A stretch of 52,479 bases of DNA, taken from positions 1 to 52,479 of the forward strand of contig JBCBJQ010000034.1 of assembly GCA_038523235.1 (NCBI GenBank), in the 5' to 3' direction. Below, piece by piece: positions 18,947-29,953 of the stretch. The DNA is from Cyanobacteria bacterium J06626_4 (GTDB taxonomy: Bacteria > Cyanobacteriota > Cyanobacteriia > Phormidesmidales > Phormidesmidaceae). The position numbers were made by a program, and so were the translations under genes. The notes below the pieces were generated by a model, which saw only the letters and a list, made by a program, of their open reading frames with translations, searched no databases and was not told the DNA's origin. Each line of letters opens with the position of its first letter. The stretch's first letter is position 1.

Positions 18947-19744
18947 ATGACATCGCACACTCATATTGGCACGCTCAAAAAGTGGCAGGGCGATCGCGGT
19001 TTTGGCTTTATTCAGCCTGATAGTAATGGCGCTGACGTCTTTCTACACATCAGCTTTCTGCGTCCAGCGATTCGCCCCCCTCAGGGGGGCGATCAAATCG
19101 TGTACCGTCTATCGATGCAGCCTGATGGCCGAGTGAGAGCAGTGAATGCCACCCTTCAAGGTGTGCCTTTACGGCTTACCCGTCCGACAGCAAAGCCAGC
19201 TTCGAGCAAGCCGGCCCCTAAACCCAAGAGAACCGGTAAGCGAACCCTGACTGGAGCCATCGAAATCATTATCGGCATAGGGGTGTTGTTGACCGGCTTG
19301 ATGTCTACCGGTGTCTTCAAGCGAATATCTTCCTCGGTTACTGAGCCGACTAACAGAACGTCTTCGGCAATCACCGCTGCGGTAAACCCCGATTGTGTGA
19401 TCAAGGGCAATATTTCTCACAATAGTGGGCGCAAGTATTATCACTTGCCCGGTATGGAAGATTATGCCAACACTAAAATTGACAGGACTTACGCATTGAC
19501 AGAAAAGAGCAGATGACGGGTACTGTTTTCGGCGCTTTGAGCTTGATTTTACCCCCCAACTGAACGGGCCTCAGTCAGAGGGGCGCTGATCATCAAGGGC
19601 TGGAACCCTCTTCTGGCAACGATCCATAGATTATTCCGTTTGTACAGTGCGTAAGTCCTGATTGATTCGAGCTGGGGAGAACGGTGGTTTTGTACTGAAG
19701 CTGAGGCCAAAGCTAGCGGTTGGACAAAGGCCCCTGCTCGTTAA
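18947..19744 (+). pseudogene. Cold-shock domain + TM + C-terminal Cys (CxIKGNI...GERWFC) domain gene disrupted by a MITE
   Basis: RGFGFI/VFLHIS cold-shock motifs. Removing the MITE and one TSD restores ...NTKIDSSWGERWFCTEAEAKASGWTKAPAR* (204 aa). Confidence 0.88.
19483..19660. mobile_element. 178-bp MITE with 5-bp target-site duplication
   Basis: Perfect 13-bp TIR CAGGACTTACGCA / TGCGTAAGTCCTG; TSD ATTGA at 19478-19482 and 19661-19665. Confidence 0.93.
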
Positions 19745-19790
19745 CAAATAAGAACACTGCTCAACACGGGAAAAGCTCGCCCCAATGTTT

Positions 19791-20471
19791 GGCACTGTCC
19801 TGTTAAGGGGTGAAGCATTGAAAGCCTCTGGACAAGAGTAATTCAGAGATCTTCAATGGCCTCTGAATTATTCTCATCGCCATGGCAGGCGTCTTCGTTT
19901 TACCCAAACTCCAATGGGGCCTCACCCAGTTGTGGATTAACCGCTGTACATTCAAGGCCCTCTATAAGCTTTTGACCGGCTTAGCATAGTGATTCTGTCG
20001 CCTTCAGTAAGCGGTTGCCCGCCGCCTCAAGGCACTGTTGAATGCCTCGACATGATTGGCATGAACCTCTGCCTTAGGACTTATCGCCGTACAGGGATGC
20101 TCAACTTTGAGCCATTCCACCCTTGCCTTGCCCTGAGACCCTTTGCTCTTAATGGCGACCTCTAAGCCCTCACGCCATACCTTTCGATAGGCAGAGGCCG
20201 ATGAGGTGATGCTGCTGGACAAATAGATGCTGGCCAGTTTCCAGAGTTCCTTGCCGTAGCGCCGCTCACCATCCGTAAACCACCGTATCCAATGACTGGG
20301 CTCTGCCCACTGCCAAGCGCGTTGAACACCTTGCTCAAACAGCTGAGCATCCTTGAGTCCAGCATTGGCTTCTAGCCAGTAACGACTCTGGCGCTCAATG
20401 AAGCTAATTGTCCATCCCTGCGACTCTGAGGGGGGAAAGATTCTCTGCTACTCGGGTGTAGAGTTCATCAC
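19791..20471 (-). mobile_element. Degraded IS1-family transposase remnant
   Basis: Fragments DELYTRV, GWTISFIERQSRYW, HANHVEAFNSALRRR, HNWVRPH, TPAMAM with stops and frameshifts; end sequence GGCACTGTCC. Confidence 0.75.
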
Positions 20472-20474
20472 AAG

Positions 20475-20759
20475 TTGGGCTACGTCGAAGAACGGCAGAT
20501 TAATGAGCAGCGATCTCGGCAGGCCCTCGACTCAGCCTTAGCCAAAAACACTGATTTAGGAAAGCGGCTCAGCAATCTTGACCAGGCGTCCTATGCTAGT
20601 GGGCTGCAGAGTATCGTTAATGAACTCAACAAAGTCGCAGCGGGCACGAACCTGCTCAGCAACTGCTTCGTGCCGTACAAGATCGCCTCCGAGAAGTGGC
20701 AGCCACTCAGTCATAAACGATTTGAGATTAAGTCCAAGGTTTGGCGACCAGATGGTTAA
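20475..20759 (+). pseudogene. Possible 3' gene fragment abutting the IS remnant
   Basis: 94-codon frame starting right at the IS remnant edge; no convincing start or family. Confidence 0.3.
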
Positions 20760-21195
20760 AACCGGCGGTTTCACATGCTTCGGACTCCCTCACCATCCCT
20801 AATTCAACGGATTCCCCCCTCGAGACTGCCTTGATAACGACTTTGGGGAGGGAGCCGCGATCGCCCGATCAAGATGTGAAAAGCCTGTCTTGACCGGCGC
20901 GACTAAGTCAACAGTGAGCTACCGTTAAAAAAACGGTGCACTTTTTTGGAACGTAGGATTGACGCCCTAGCCCTTTCTCTCCTCCAGCTCTGGGGGAGAG
21001 GCAATCTGGTTTCTCAAAACCAGGGAGCAAGGGGGCCAAAATATAGAGGCCATGGCATCAGTCCTGGGAGATTTGATGAGCGCCTTGAGTTATCAACAGC
21101 TCATGCTTTGGGATTGCTATTAAAGGGAATCTCTGGCGTTGATCAAATCAGACCTGAGCTAACCCGCCAGGGAATTTTGTGGGAATCCATCTACC

Positions 21196-23133
21196 ATGTC
21201 CTCGACTCAGAATCTTTTGGGTGGGCGCTATCAGCCGATTCACCCTTTGAACACGCACGTCGCTGGTCAGACGCTGCTGGCCAACGATATTCAAGACCTT
21301 GACCATACCCAATGCGTCGTGCGCCAACTGCGCTTTCCGACTCGCAATCCCATGACGCGGCAGTTTATTCTCGGTCTGCTCAAGAAAAAAGTTCAGGTGT
21401 TGAAAGAGATTGGTCAGCATCCGCAGATTCCCGCTACCACCGCTGCCTTCAATGACGATCAAAGCTTTTATATTGTGCAGGAGTTTATTCCAGGGCGATC
21501 GCTGCGGGAGGAACTCGCCTCAGCCCAGCCGTGGTCAGCAGCAGATGCGCGCGCCTTTTTGCGAGCGGTGCTGCCGGTCTTGGCCCACGCCCAAAAACGG
21601 GGTGTGGTGCATGGCAATCTCAAGCCCTCTAAGCTGATTCGCCACCAGGCCGCCGATCAGTTCGTCATTCTCGACTTTGGTGGGATCAAGAGCGTCAGCC
21701 AAAATATTGCCTACAAAAAGAAAAGCTTCGTCCCAGTGCCCCAGTTGGCACCGGCTCAGGCTTACTTAGCCCCCGAACAGTGGCGTCGGCAAACCCGGTT
21801 TTGCAGCGACCACTATGCGCTGGGCATGATGGTGATTCAAGCCCTGACTGGGTTGCCGCCAGAAGCCTTGCCCACCGCCCAAGAGCCGACGCTGCAGACC
21901 GACATTGTGGGGCTCTTAACCGCGATCCCGGACTTAGATGCCCCAACGAGTCTGCTCTTGACCCGCATGGTGCATCCCAACCCAGAGCAGCGCTACCAGG
22001 CGGCCACCGATATCTTGGCTGACCTCGACCAGCTGCAATCATCCCAAAGTGCCTTCCCAGAGCTCGTGACTCAGGCGCCGGTGCCCCTATCGATTAGTCA
22101 CGGTGACGACTCACCCCCGATCAGGACTCAAAAGTGGCCCTGGGGGCTGATTAGCGTTGTCGGGTTAGTTGGGTTGGCCGGTGTGACTGGGCTGATGGCC
22201 CTGAGGCTACCCCAGCGAGTCTTGGCCGGGCAGCAGCTGCAGACTGGCCAAGACCTAGAGGCCGATGATCCCGAGGCGGCCTTAGCCCGCTATAACCGCG
22301 CCCTCGAGCTGCAGCCGCTTTATCCAGAAGCCCTAGCGGAACGCGGGCAGTTGCACTTGACCATGGGAGATACCGAAGCCGCGCTGGCTGACCTGACGGA
22401 AGCGATCGCCCTCGCCCCTGAGCAATCAACCTATCCTTATGACCGGGCCAACATTCGGCTGTCAGTCGGGGATATTCAAGGGGCGATCAACGACTACACG
22501 CAGGCTCTACAACAGGACGCTCAGTTTGTCAAAGCCTATGTCAATCGGGGCAGTGCCCGCGCGGAATGGGGTGATGACCAAGGGGCGATTGAAGATTACA
22601 CCCAAGCCATTGAGCTCGCGTCGGGTACCGAGATTTTGGCGGCAGCTCACCTCAATCGGTGCTTGTCTTACTCCAACCTGGGCGAACAGTCGGCAGCCTT
22701 GGACGACTGTGCGGCAGCCATCAATTTGCGCCCTAGCCATGCGCTGGCCTACCAAAATCGTGGGCTTGTGCGACGGCGCTCGATGGACTATCAGGGCTCG
22801 CTGCAGGATTACAACATCGCGATTCAAATTGAGCCCAACAGTCCTGACCCCTATTACAATCGCGGGCTGACGCGCCAAGCCTTAAATGACTTGACCGGGG
22901 CCATGGCTGACTTTTCGCAGGCGATCGCCCTCGACCCGAACTATGTGTTTGCCATGTATGACCGCGGGTTGCTGCAGGCGGAGCTCGGCAATCATGCTGC
23001 CGCCCTCGCTGATCTGCGGCAAGCCTCGCAACTGTGTCTCGATTTGGGCCGGACTGGCTGCTACGACGATGCCCAATATCAAATCACCCGGCTGCAGGCG
23101 GCGCTACCGGTCGCCAAGTCCGAAAGCAACTGA
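21196..23133 (+). CDS. Ser/Thr kinase-like domain + TM helix + TPR repeats (likely pseudokinase)
   Basis: GRYQ, QHPQIP, VQEFIPG, DFG, YLAPEQ; TM WGLISVVGLVG; multiple AYxNRG TPRs. Confidence 0.9.
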   Translation: MSSTQNLLGGRYQPIHPLNTHVAGQTLLANDIQDLDHTQCVVRQLRFPTRNPMTRQFILGLLKKKVQVLKEIGQHPQIPATTAAFNDDQSFYIVQEFIPGRSLREELASAQPWSAADARAFLRAVLPVLAHAQKRGVVHGNLKPSKLIRHQAADQFVILDFGGIKSVSQNIAYKKKSFVPVPQLAPAQAYLAPEQWRRQTRFCSDHYALGMMVIQALTGLPPEALPTAQEPTLQTDIVGLLTAIPDLDAPTSLLLTRMVHPNPEQRYQAATDILADLDQLQSSQSAFPELVTQAPVPLSISHGDDSPPIRTQKWPWGLISVVGLVGLAGVTGLMALRLPQRVLAGQQLQTGQDLEADDPEAALARYNRALELQPLYPEALAERGQLHLTMGDTEAALADLTEAIALAPEQSTYPYDRANIRLSVGDIQGAINDYTQALQQDAQFVKAYVNRGSARAEWGDDQGAIEDYTQAIELASGTEILAAAHLNRCLSYSNLGEQSAALDDCAAAINLRPSHALAYQNRGLVRRRSMDYQGSLQDYNIAIQIEPNSPDPYYNRGLTRQALNDLTGAMADFSQAIALDPNYVFAMYDRGLLQAELGNHAAALADLRQASQLCLDLGRTGCYDDAQYQITRLQAALPVAKSESN

Positions 23134-23188
23134 TCACCCGGCCCCCCAGCCAGTAAAATACGGACGTTGAACAAACCGGCACTCCTCT

Positions 23189-23794
23189 ATGGCGATCGCG
23201 GTCAAGCCTGCTCCAACCATTCAGTTGCTCCAGACGCCCACCTCAGCGGCCTGGGTCGAGCAAGCGCTGGCAAATCTTGATACGGTACTGCTCGATCACT
23301 CGCACTGTGAACGCAAAGCCGCCGGAGTTGCCCTCAATCTTATGTGTCGCTATCCGTCGAGTACTCGCCTTGTGCGCACACTAACGGCGATCGCCCAGGA
23401 AGAATTGAGTCATTTTGAACTGGTGAACCAGTGGCTCGAGCGCCGTCAAATTCCCCTACGGCCCTTACCGGCACCGCCCTATGGGGCTGGCCTTAGCGCT
23501 CAGGTGCGGCGTGAAGAACCGCGGCGGCAGCTTGATTCGTTGCTGGTCGCGGCGCTGATTGAGGCTCGCAGCCATGAACGATTGGGGCTGCTGGCCAGCC
23601 ACTGTCCTGACCCGGAACTGGCCCAGTTTTACAGCAGCCTGATGGCTTCAGAGGCGCGTCATTATGGCGCTTACTGGGTGCTGGCGGCTGACGAATTTGA
23701 CCGCGCGGTGGTGAGCGATCGCTTAGCTGCCTTAGCCGTGGTGGAAAGTCAACTGTTAGCCACCTTGCACCCGGAACCGCGAATTCACAGCTAA
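23189..23794 (+). CDS. miaE: tRNA-(ms2io6A) hydroxylase
   Basis: LLDHSHCERKAA, EELSHF, IEARSHER, SEARHY diiron motifs. Confidence 0.92.
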   Translation: MAIAVKPAPTIQLLQTPTSAAWVEQALANLDTVLLDHSHCERKAAGVALNLMCRYPSSTRLVRTLTAIAQEELSHFELVNQWLERRQIPLRPLPAPPYGAGLSAQVRREEPRRQLDSLLVAALIEARSHERLGLLASHCPDPELAQFYSSLMASEARHYGAYWVLAADEFDRAVVSDRLAALAVVESQLLATLHPEPRIHS

Positions 23795-23973
23795 CGTGCC
23801 CCGAGCATTGGCCCGGGGCTGACCGTGCTGGCCAGATTTAGCCGTCAGCCACCGTCAGCCACCCGTGAAAATCGGCCAATATCTGCGACCAACCTCACCG
23901 CAAGACGATAGTATAAATACGCTCAATGACGGCATGACCAACATTCACGGTGGATGGGGAGTGTGGAATCAAA

Positions 23974-24756
23974 ATGCAACGACGACGCTTTGTACAGCAA
24001 TTAGGAACTGGGTTTGTCACTGCCTTGGGGTTGGGCATCACCTCAACGTGGCAGAAGGCGCAGGCGCAGTCGGCCAGCGTCAGGGTGCAATGGTTAGGGC
24101 ACACCTGCTTTATGTTTGAGGGCGATGGTCGGCGGATTTTGGTGAATCCCTTTCGGGCCATTGGCTGTACCGCTGGCTATGCCGTTCCTGCGGTAGCCTC
24201 AGACGTCGTGCTGATCAGCAGTCGTTTATTTGACGAAGGCGGCACTTTAGAAGGGCTGCCGGGTAATCCGCCGATCTTGGCCGAGCGCGGTGAGTACGAA
24301 TTGCCGCCGGTGCAAATGAAGTCGATCGAAGTCGATCACGATCGCGATGGCGGTCGACGCTTTGGCAAAAACCTGATCTGGCGCTGGCGACAGGGAGGAC
24401 TGACCTTTGTGCATATGGGCGGAGCCGCCGCACCCATTTCTGTGGAAGCGCAAATTCAGCTAGGCCGCCCCGATGTCATGCTGGTGCCGGTGGGCGGTGG
24501 CCCCAAAGCGTATGATGCCGAGGAGGCGATCGGGGCGATTCGCACGCTGAACCCCCGTATTGTGATTCCGACTCACTATCGCACCGGTGCTGCCGATGCC
24601 GAAAGCTGTGATATCGCGGGTCTGCAACCCTTTTTAGATCTGATGCGTTCAACCCCAACGCGTCAAGCCAACAGCAGTTCTATAAACCTGAGTACAGCCG
24701 ACTTGCCAGGGGGCGATGGCATGATTGTGCAATTGCTGACGAGCCCAGCGGCCTAG
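23974..24756 (+). CDS. Tat-exported metallo-beta-lactamase-fold protein
   Basis: MQRRRF Tat signal, WLGHTCF, VPVGG, IPTHY. Confidence 0.88.
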   Translation: MQRRRFVQQLGTGFVTALGLGITSTWQKAQAQSASVRVQWLGHTCFMFEGDGRRILVNPFRAIGCTAGYAVPAVASDVVLISSRLFDEGGTLEGLPGNPPILAERGEYELPPVQMKSIEVDHDRDGGRRFGKNLIWRWRQGGLTFVHMGGAAAPISVEAQIQLGRPDVMLVPVGGGPKAYDAEEAIGAIRTLNPRIVIPTHYRTGAADAESCDIAGLQPFLDLMRSTPTRQANSSSINLSTADLPGGDGMIVQLLTSPAA

Positions 24757-25189
24757 TCAGCAGTTCAGCCAGATGCTTGTCAACGACATGCCAGTCCGAT
24801 CGGACTGGCATCTGGCCGTTTGTCTGTATTCCTCGTCAGCAAGGGCGGGGGATTAATGGGGTAGTTTACCAGCCGGTTATCGGAAATATTTGTAGGATTA
24901 AGTGAGCGGATCGCATTCCCTGGCGATGCGGCCTTTTTCAGCTCGGAGAGTCGCTTAAAAATGGCGGCCTGCTGACCGAGATTGAGTACTGATAGACTTT
25001 TCGGGAGGCTCAGGCTCGGTGTCATCAGCTGCTCTAACTCGCCCTAGCCGGCGTTCATCGCTCAGCGATGATCGCTGGCCAGCCGTCGCGTCATCTCGTC
25101 GCCGCAGTCTGTGGCACCCTTGACGCGCTTGCGCCGATATCATCCGTCATTTCATTCGCCCATTTCCTCGTTACCTTCTACCCATAGCT

Positions 25190-26497
25190 ATGCAAACGGT
25201 TTATCAACAGCGACGTCAGGACTTGATGGCCCTCATGGGCGCAGGCATCGGCGTGTTTGCCAGCGCCCCCATGGCGGTCATGCACAACGATGTCGAATAC
25301 AACTTTCGACAAGACAGCGACTTTTACTATCTCACTGGGTTTGACGAACCGGGTGCGATCGCGGTGCTAGCGCCCCATCACGAAGAGCATCGCTTTGTCC
25401 TGTTTGTGCGACCGAAGGATAAAGATAAAGAAATTTGGTCAGGGCGACGACTGGGGGTGGAAGCCGCCAAAGCCGCCCTGGGCGCTGACGAAGTGTTTTC
25501 TATTGAGGAGCTAGACGCTAAACTGCCCGACTACCTCAAAGGGGGCGATCGCCTCTTTTATCACTTTGGCCATGATGAGGCCCTCAACGGTAAAATCTTG
25601 CGGCATTGGCAACGCTTGCTCGCGTCCTACGTTAAGCGGGGCACGGGGCCAACCGCGATCGCCGATGCCCGGCTGCTACTGGAATCGCTGCGCCGGGTCA
25701 AACAGCCGGAAGAGATCGCCCTCATTCGTCAGGCGGTGGCGGTATCGGTCAAAGCCCACAACTATGCCCGCGAGATTGCCCAGCCAGGGCGCTACGAATA
25801 TGAGATTCAGGCCGAGATGGAACATCTCTTTAAGCTGGCCGGGGGCGGCACCGCCTACCCCTCGATCGTGGCTTCTGGTGACAATGCCTGCATTCTGCAC
25901 TACGTCGAAAATAATCGTCAGATGCAGGCCGGTGATCTGCTGCTGATTGATGCGGGCGGCTGCATTGACTATTACAACGCCGATATTACGCGCACCTTTC
26001 CGGTGGCGGACAAGTTTTCGGCAGAGCAGCGCATTTTGTATGAGTTAGTGCTGGAAGCGCAGCTCAATGCGATCGCCGAGGTGCAGCCGGGCAGACCGTT
26101 CAATGCCTTTCATGATGCTGCTGTGCGGACGATTACAGCGGGCCTGGTCGAGTTGGGTCTGCTCATTGGCGACGTCGATACTCTGATTGAAGAGAAAAAG
26201 CACAAGGCCTTTTTCATGCACGGAACGGGGCATTTCCTTGGATTAGATGTCCATGACACGGGTGTTTTGCGTAATGCTGATAAAACCTGGAAGCCCTTTG
26301 CCACCGGGAATGTGGTCACCGTTGAGCCAGGCATTTACGTGACGCCTGACTATGAACCGGTTGAAGGCCAGCCAGCTGTAGATGATCGCTGGCGCGGCAT
26401 TGGCATTCGCATCGAAGATGACGTGCTGGTGACCGATGCTGGCCCGGAAGTCCTGACCGCTGGCGTGCCCAAGTCAGTCGCGGAGATGGAAGCTTAG
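25190..26497 (+). CDS. pepP: Xaa-Pro aminopeptidase (M24)
   Basis: FRQDSDFYYLTG, LHY, DAG, DITRT, HGTGHFLGLDVHD, TVEPG, GIRIEDD. Confidence 0.95.
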   Translation: MQTVYQQRRQDLMALMGAGIGVFASAPMAVMHNDVEYNFRQDSDFYYLTGFDEPGAIAVLAPHHEEHRFVLFVRPKDKDKEIWSGRRLGVEAAKAALGADEVFSIEELDAKLPDYLKGGDRLFYHFGHDEALNGKILRHWQRLLASYVKRGTGPTAIADARLLLESLRRVKQPEEIALIRQAVAVSVKAHNYAREIAQPGRYEYEIQAEMEHLFKLAGGGTAYPSIVASGDNACILHYVENNRQMQAGDLLLIDAGGCIDYYNADITRTFPVADKFSAEQRILYELVLEAQLNAIAEVQPGRPFNAFHDAAVRTITAGLVELGLLIGDVDTLIEEKKHKAFFMHGTGHFLGLDVHDTGVLRNADKTWKPFATGNVVTVEPGIYVTPDYEPVEGQPAVDDRWRGIGIRIEDDVLVTDAGPEVLTAGVPKSVAEMEA

Positions 26498-26628
26498 GGG
26501 CAGAGGAGCGGGAGAGCTAGATTTGGAGAGTCATCGCGAGGAACTGGGTGAGATCGCCAAGTCGCTGGTCGCCTGCAGCCACAAGGGGCAGCATTTGAGC
26601 GTTGCACTGGCGATCGCCCCAGTGGGCC

Positions 26629-27849
26629 TTACCCCTCTAAAGTCACCGAGGTAATGCCCTGACGCAATCCCCGTTGTTGCCAGAGCCAGGCTTGCTCAAC
26701 CAAACCCAGCCGTCCCAATAGAGTGGCAAGGGTGACGAAGGGGCGATAGATCAGCGGCGACGCCGTGAAAAAAGCAATTTTTTGCCATTCTTCGAGCTGT
26801 CGGTGCTGAGCCGCGGTAATCTCTGGCTGGCGACTGGTTTGAATGGCCTGCAGAGCATCCTGTAGCTGCTCGTGCGACCACACGGACGAGGTGCCCAAGG
26901 CCCTGAGTTGATTGCAGACCACGATTGCGTCTCGCAGCGCCATATTGATGCCTTGAGCCCGGTTAGGAGCCATTGGATGAGCCGCATCACCGATTAGCAG
27001 CAAGCCCTCGGTAAACCACTGCGGGGCCTGACCGACGATGACATCTAAAAAAATCGGCCCTTCCAACTGATGGCGCTGCTGCCGAAAGTAGCTTGCCAGG
27101 GACTTAGGGGATGCTTGGGCAAATTCTTCGGCCCAGTCGCGATCGCCCATCGTCTTCGCCTGGCCTTTGGCCACAATCCAACCGATCTGTAACCGGCCAT
27201 CCCAAGAGGGATAAAACGCAAACTGCCGCTGGCGCTGCAAACATACGGTAAACACTGTTTCACACAACAGCTCAGCGGGCGCTGGCAGCTTAAACCACAG
27301 CACGTCAAATTGAGTCGCCGCCTGGTTGAGGGCCAGTCCGGCCAATTTGCGTAGGCGTGAATAACGGCCATCGGCGGCAATCACCAGATCACCCGTAAAG
27401 GCGCGACGTTCATCACCACAGCGAGCGTTGACACCTTGAATGCGATCGCCCGATAACACCAATGACTGCATTTGCCAGCCGGGATAAAACTGAAAATGGG
27501 GCAAGGTTTGCGATCGCTCGACGATTGCTTTGAGCAAGGCCGACTGGTGAATCAAGTGCGTGGGGATTTGGCCAGGGGCACCCTGCGGTTCGACCACCCG
27601 CATCCGTCGTCGCTGCTCGATACAAAAATCCCAAGCGTCTAGCCGCCGCTGGGGAATGTCTGCCAAGCAATCGGCCAGTCCCATTTCCTGCAGGGCAGCG
27701 ACTCCCGACGGCATCAACCCTTCGCCGCGAAACACGCGATCGAACTGGGTTTCTTGCTCTAGTAAGCTGACCTGAATGCCGCGCTGGGCCAGCAAAAAAG
27801 CTGTCGCTACGCCAGCCGGCCCGGCACCCACAATAATGACATGACCCAT
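26629..27849 (-). CDS. FAD-dependent monooxygenase (UbiH/PHBH-like)
   Basis: GAGPAG, FRGE, ADGRYS, GDAAHPM, GINMALRD. Confidence 0.9.
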   Translation of the reverse strand: MGHVIIVGAGPAGVATAFLLAQRGIQVSLLEQETQFDRVFRGEGLMPSGVAALQEMGLADCLADIPQRRLDAWDFCIEQRRRMRVVEPQGAPGQIPTHLIHQSALLKAIVERSQTLPHFQFYPGWQMQSLVLSGDRIQGVNARCGDERRAFTGDLVIAADGRYSRLRKLAGLALNQAATQFDVLWFKLPAPAELLCETVFTVCLQRQRQFAFYPSWDGRLQIGWIVAKGQAKTMGDRDWAEEFAQASPKSLASYFRQQRHQLEGPIFLDVIVGQAPQWFTEGLLLIGDAAHPMAPNRAQGINMALRDAIVVCNQLRALGTSSVWSHEQLQDALQAIQTSRQPEITAAQHRQLEEWQKIAFFTASPLIYRPFVTLATLLGRLGLVEQAWLWQQRGLRQGITSVTLEG

Positions 27850-28211
27850 AGCTGCTGCTTGTTTGAGAGGGAATTTCTGGACTAACGGGGATCAATTGGA
27901 GAGCGGCGGGCAGAGGCCGGAGGGGCAGGGGGGCTAAGTTTTTGGTGGGGACATGGGGGATGGGAAAGCGCAAATAGGGCGGAGGAGCTGTTGGGTTGGC
28001 GTTAGGGCGATCGCGAGCAGAATTCGACCACCTGTTCAAATCTTCTGTTCCCATCGGGTTGAACGGCATGGAAATCTGACACCGACATTATCGTTATTAT
28101 CGTTCCAGACTTCCATGCCGCATGACAGCAATCAACTCGCTACTCTATCCCCTGCTCCCTGGGCTCCCTAGCCCCCCGGCTCGTCCTCTAAAGTACTGCT
28201 TCAAACCCGCC

Positions 28212-29732
28212 TCAGAGTTCACAAAACTTCCGGGCATTATCAAACTCCACATCTTGCCAGGAGTAAGCAAAGTGACTCACTGAATTAATTTCTGGCATAC
28301 TCTGGCGAATGGCTTCCATCTGGGCTTCTAACGGGGGACGATCGCGAATCGAGGCGCCCCAAGTGCCAGCGATCGCCGGTTTCACAAACTGGCCGCCTTG
28401 CGGGCCAGCCACCGCCATCACCTGCCGAATCTCGTCCAAAATGCAGCCGGTATGGCCGCAGACGCCATAGGCCATCGGGTGCCAGGTCATCCAAGTGGGA
28501 AACCGATCCCAATATTGCAGGCGCGAGTCAAAGCCATTGCCCACAGCGCGGTTACCACCCGGAAAAAACACCGCTCCCGTGCGGAGTCCTTCCTGTTGAG
28601 CGAGCTGCCCCGCGTCATCTAAAAAATTCACCACGCCCTGCACGGCATGGGCCACGGCTAACCGCCACAACTCATTTTCTAGCACGGGGCGCAGAGCAGT
28701 GGGTGACGCGCCACTGCTGTTAGACGGCTGTCGGCTTTGCCACAGTGGCTCTGTTTCATTCGGAAACAAGCGCCCGACATCTGCTAAATCCTGGTCGATC
28801 AGGTAGCCACGGCTGATATAGCGCCGAATCAGCTCTTGGCCTTGATAGTTACTGGCCCGCTGTAGCAATGAGTTACGCGAGGCATCTCCATAGATCCACA
28901 GATCAGCGACTTCACTCGCAACGGAGTAGGTGCCAGTGCCGCGAGGATAGCGGATGTAGTCAAACAAGATGCCTTGGGGCCGCCGCTCGGCGACTTCCTG
29001 CAGCATGACTTGAAAATCTTGCTGGGCCTGCAGACTGTAAGGATCGACAAACACCTCTTGGCTATTGCTGCTCTTACCGCTCGTGGCAAACGTGTAGGAG
29101 CTTTGGCCCTGTCCATTCGTGGCGAGGGCCTGTTGGCGATCGGCATTCAGGGTGTAAGAGTAGCCAAAGTTGAGCGTAAAGACCCAGGCATAGGTTTCGA
29201 GCCCGCGAGGTTTGCCTTTGGCGATCGCCTCGGCCAACAAATCGCGATTTTCATAGCCCGCAGCCTTCACCACGGAAGGCCAACGGGTGGGGTTATCCGC
29301 TGCTGGTAGTAAGACTGTGCCGCTATAGAAGGCCTCTAAATAGACTTGGTCGTAGCCTAGATTAGCGATGCGATCTAAAACGGCTTCTAAAATGCCAGGC
29401 TGCAAATCACAGGAATATAACCTCAACCAAACGGCCTGGTCACGCGGCCAGGTGGCGTTACGGCAGTTAGCCAGCGCCCGAGCATGCTCAGCCACGAGCG
29501 CTTCATACTGACTGCGGGCCTGCTCGTCGCCCTGTTCAAACACCGCCCGGCGCAACGCCTCTTTGCGCGTCGCGTCGGCTTGCGAAATTTGACAGTAACG
29601 GTTGAGCTGCAAGGCCTGTGCCCGCGTGGGGGCGAGCGGCACAAATATTGCCAACAAGAGGGCAAATAAACCCACTCGCCACTGACCCATTGCCCATAAC
29701 ATTGGCGTTAGCTGCATCGGAGAAATGGTCAT
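28212..29732 (-). CDS. Glycosyl hydrolase-like family 10 (DUF187) protein; start uncertain
   Basis: AVWLRLY, GILFDYIRYP, HPMAYG; hydrophobic N-terminal signal. Confidence 0.8.
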   Translation of the reverse strand: MTISPMQLTPMLWAMGQWRVGLFALLLAIFVPLAPTRAQALQLNRYCQISQADATRKEALRRAVFEQGDEQARSQYEALVAEHARALANCRNATWPRDQAVWLRLYSCDLQPGILEAVLDRIANLGYDQVYLEAFYSGTVLLPAADNPTRWPSVVKAAGYENRDLLAEAIAKGKPRGLETYAWVFTLNFGYSYTLNADRQQALATNGQGQSSYTFATSGKSSNSQEVFVDPYSLQAQQDFQVMLQEVAERRPQGILFDYIRYPRGTGTYSVASEVADLWIYGDASRNSLLQRASNYQGQELIRRYISRGYLIDQDLADVGRLFPNETEPLWQSRQPSNSSGASPTALRPVLENELWRLAVAHAVQGVVNFLDDAGQLAQQEGLRTGAVFFPGGNRAVGNGFDSRLQYWDRFPTWMTWHPMAYGVCGHTGCILDEIRQVMAVAGPQGGQFVKPAIAGTWGASIRDRPPLEAQMEAIRQSMPEINSVSHFAYSWQDVEFDNARKFCEL

Positions 29733-29953
29733 CTCGCTATTCGTGTCCTCAAGCTCCCGCAAGTGTAGAAGAAGCGTCAATAAGTTACCAGGGGGTATCG
29801 AAAAGAATCTGTGATCCCCATCGATACGTTCCCCAATGGTGACGATTTTGACCTAGCGACGTTCCTGAGGGGGCCCAGCAATTTTGCGGGTGACTCGGTT
29901 CACATGGGCTCAGTCGGTTTGCCCTCGACCTATGGGTGGAGCGGTATCCTGGG

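Noticed and set aside
24780..25143. Short minus-strand ORFs between the MBL gene and pepP
   Set aside because: No RBS, motif or family support
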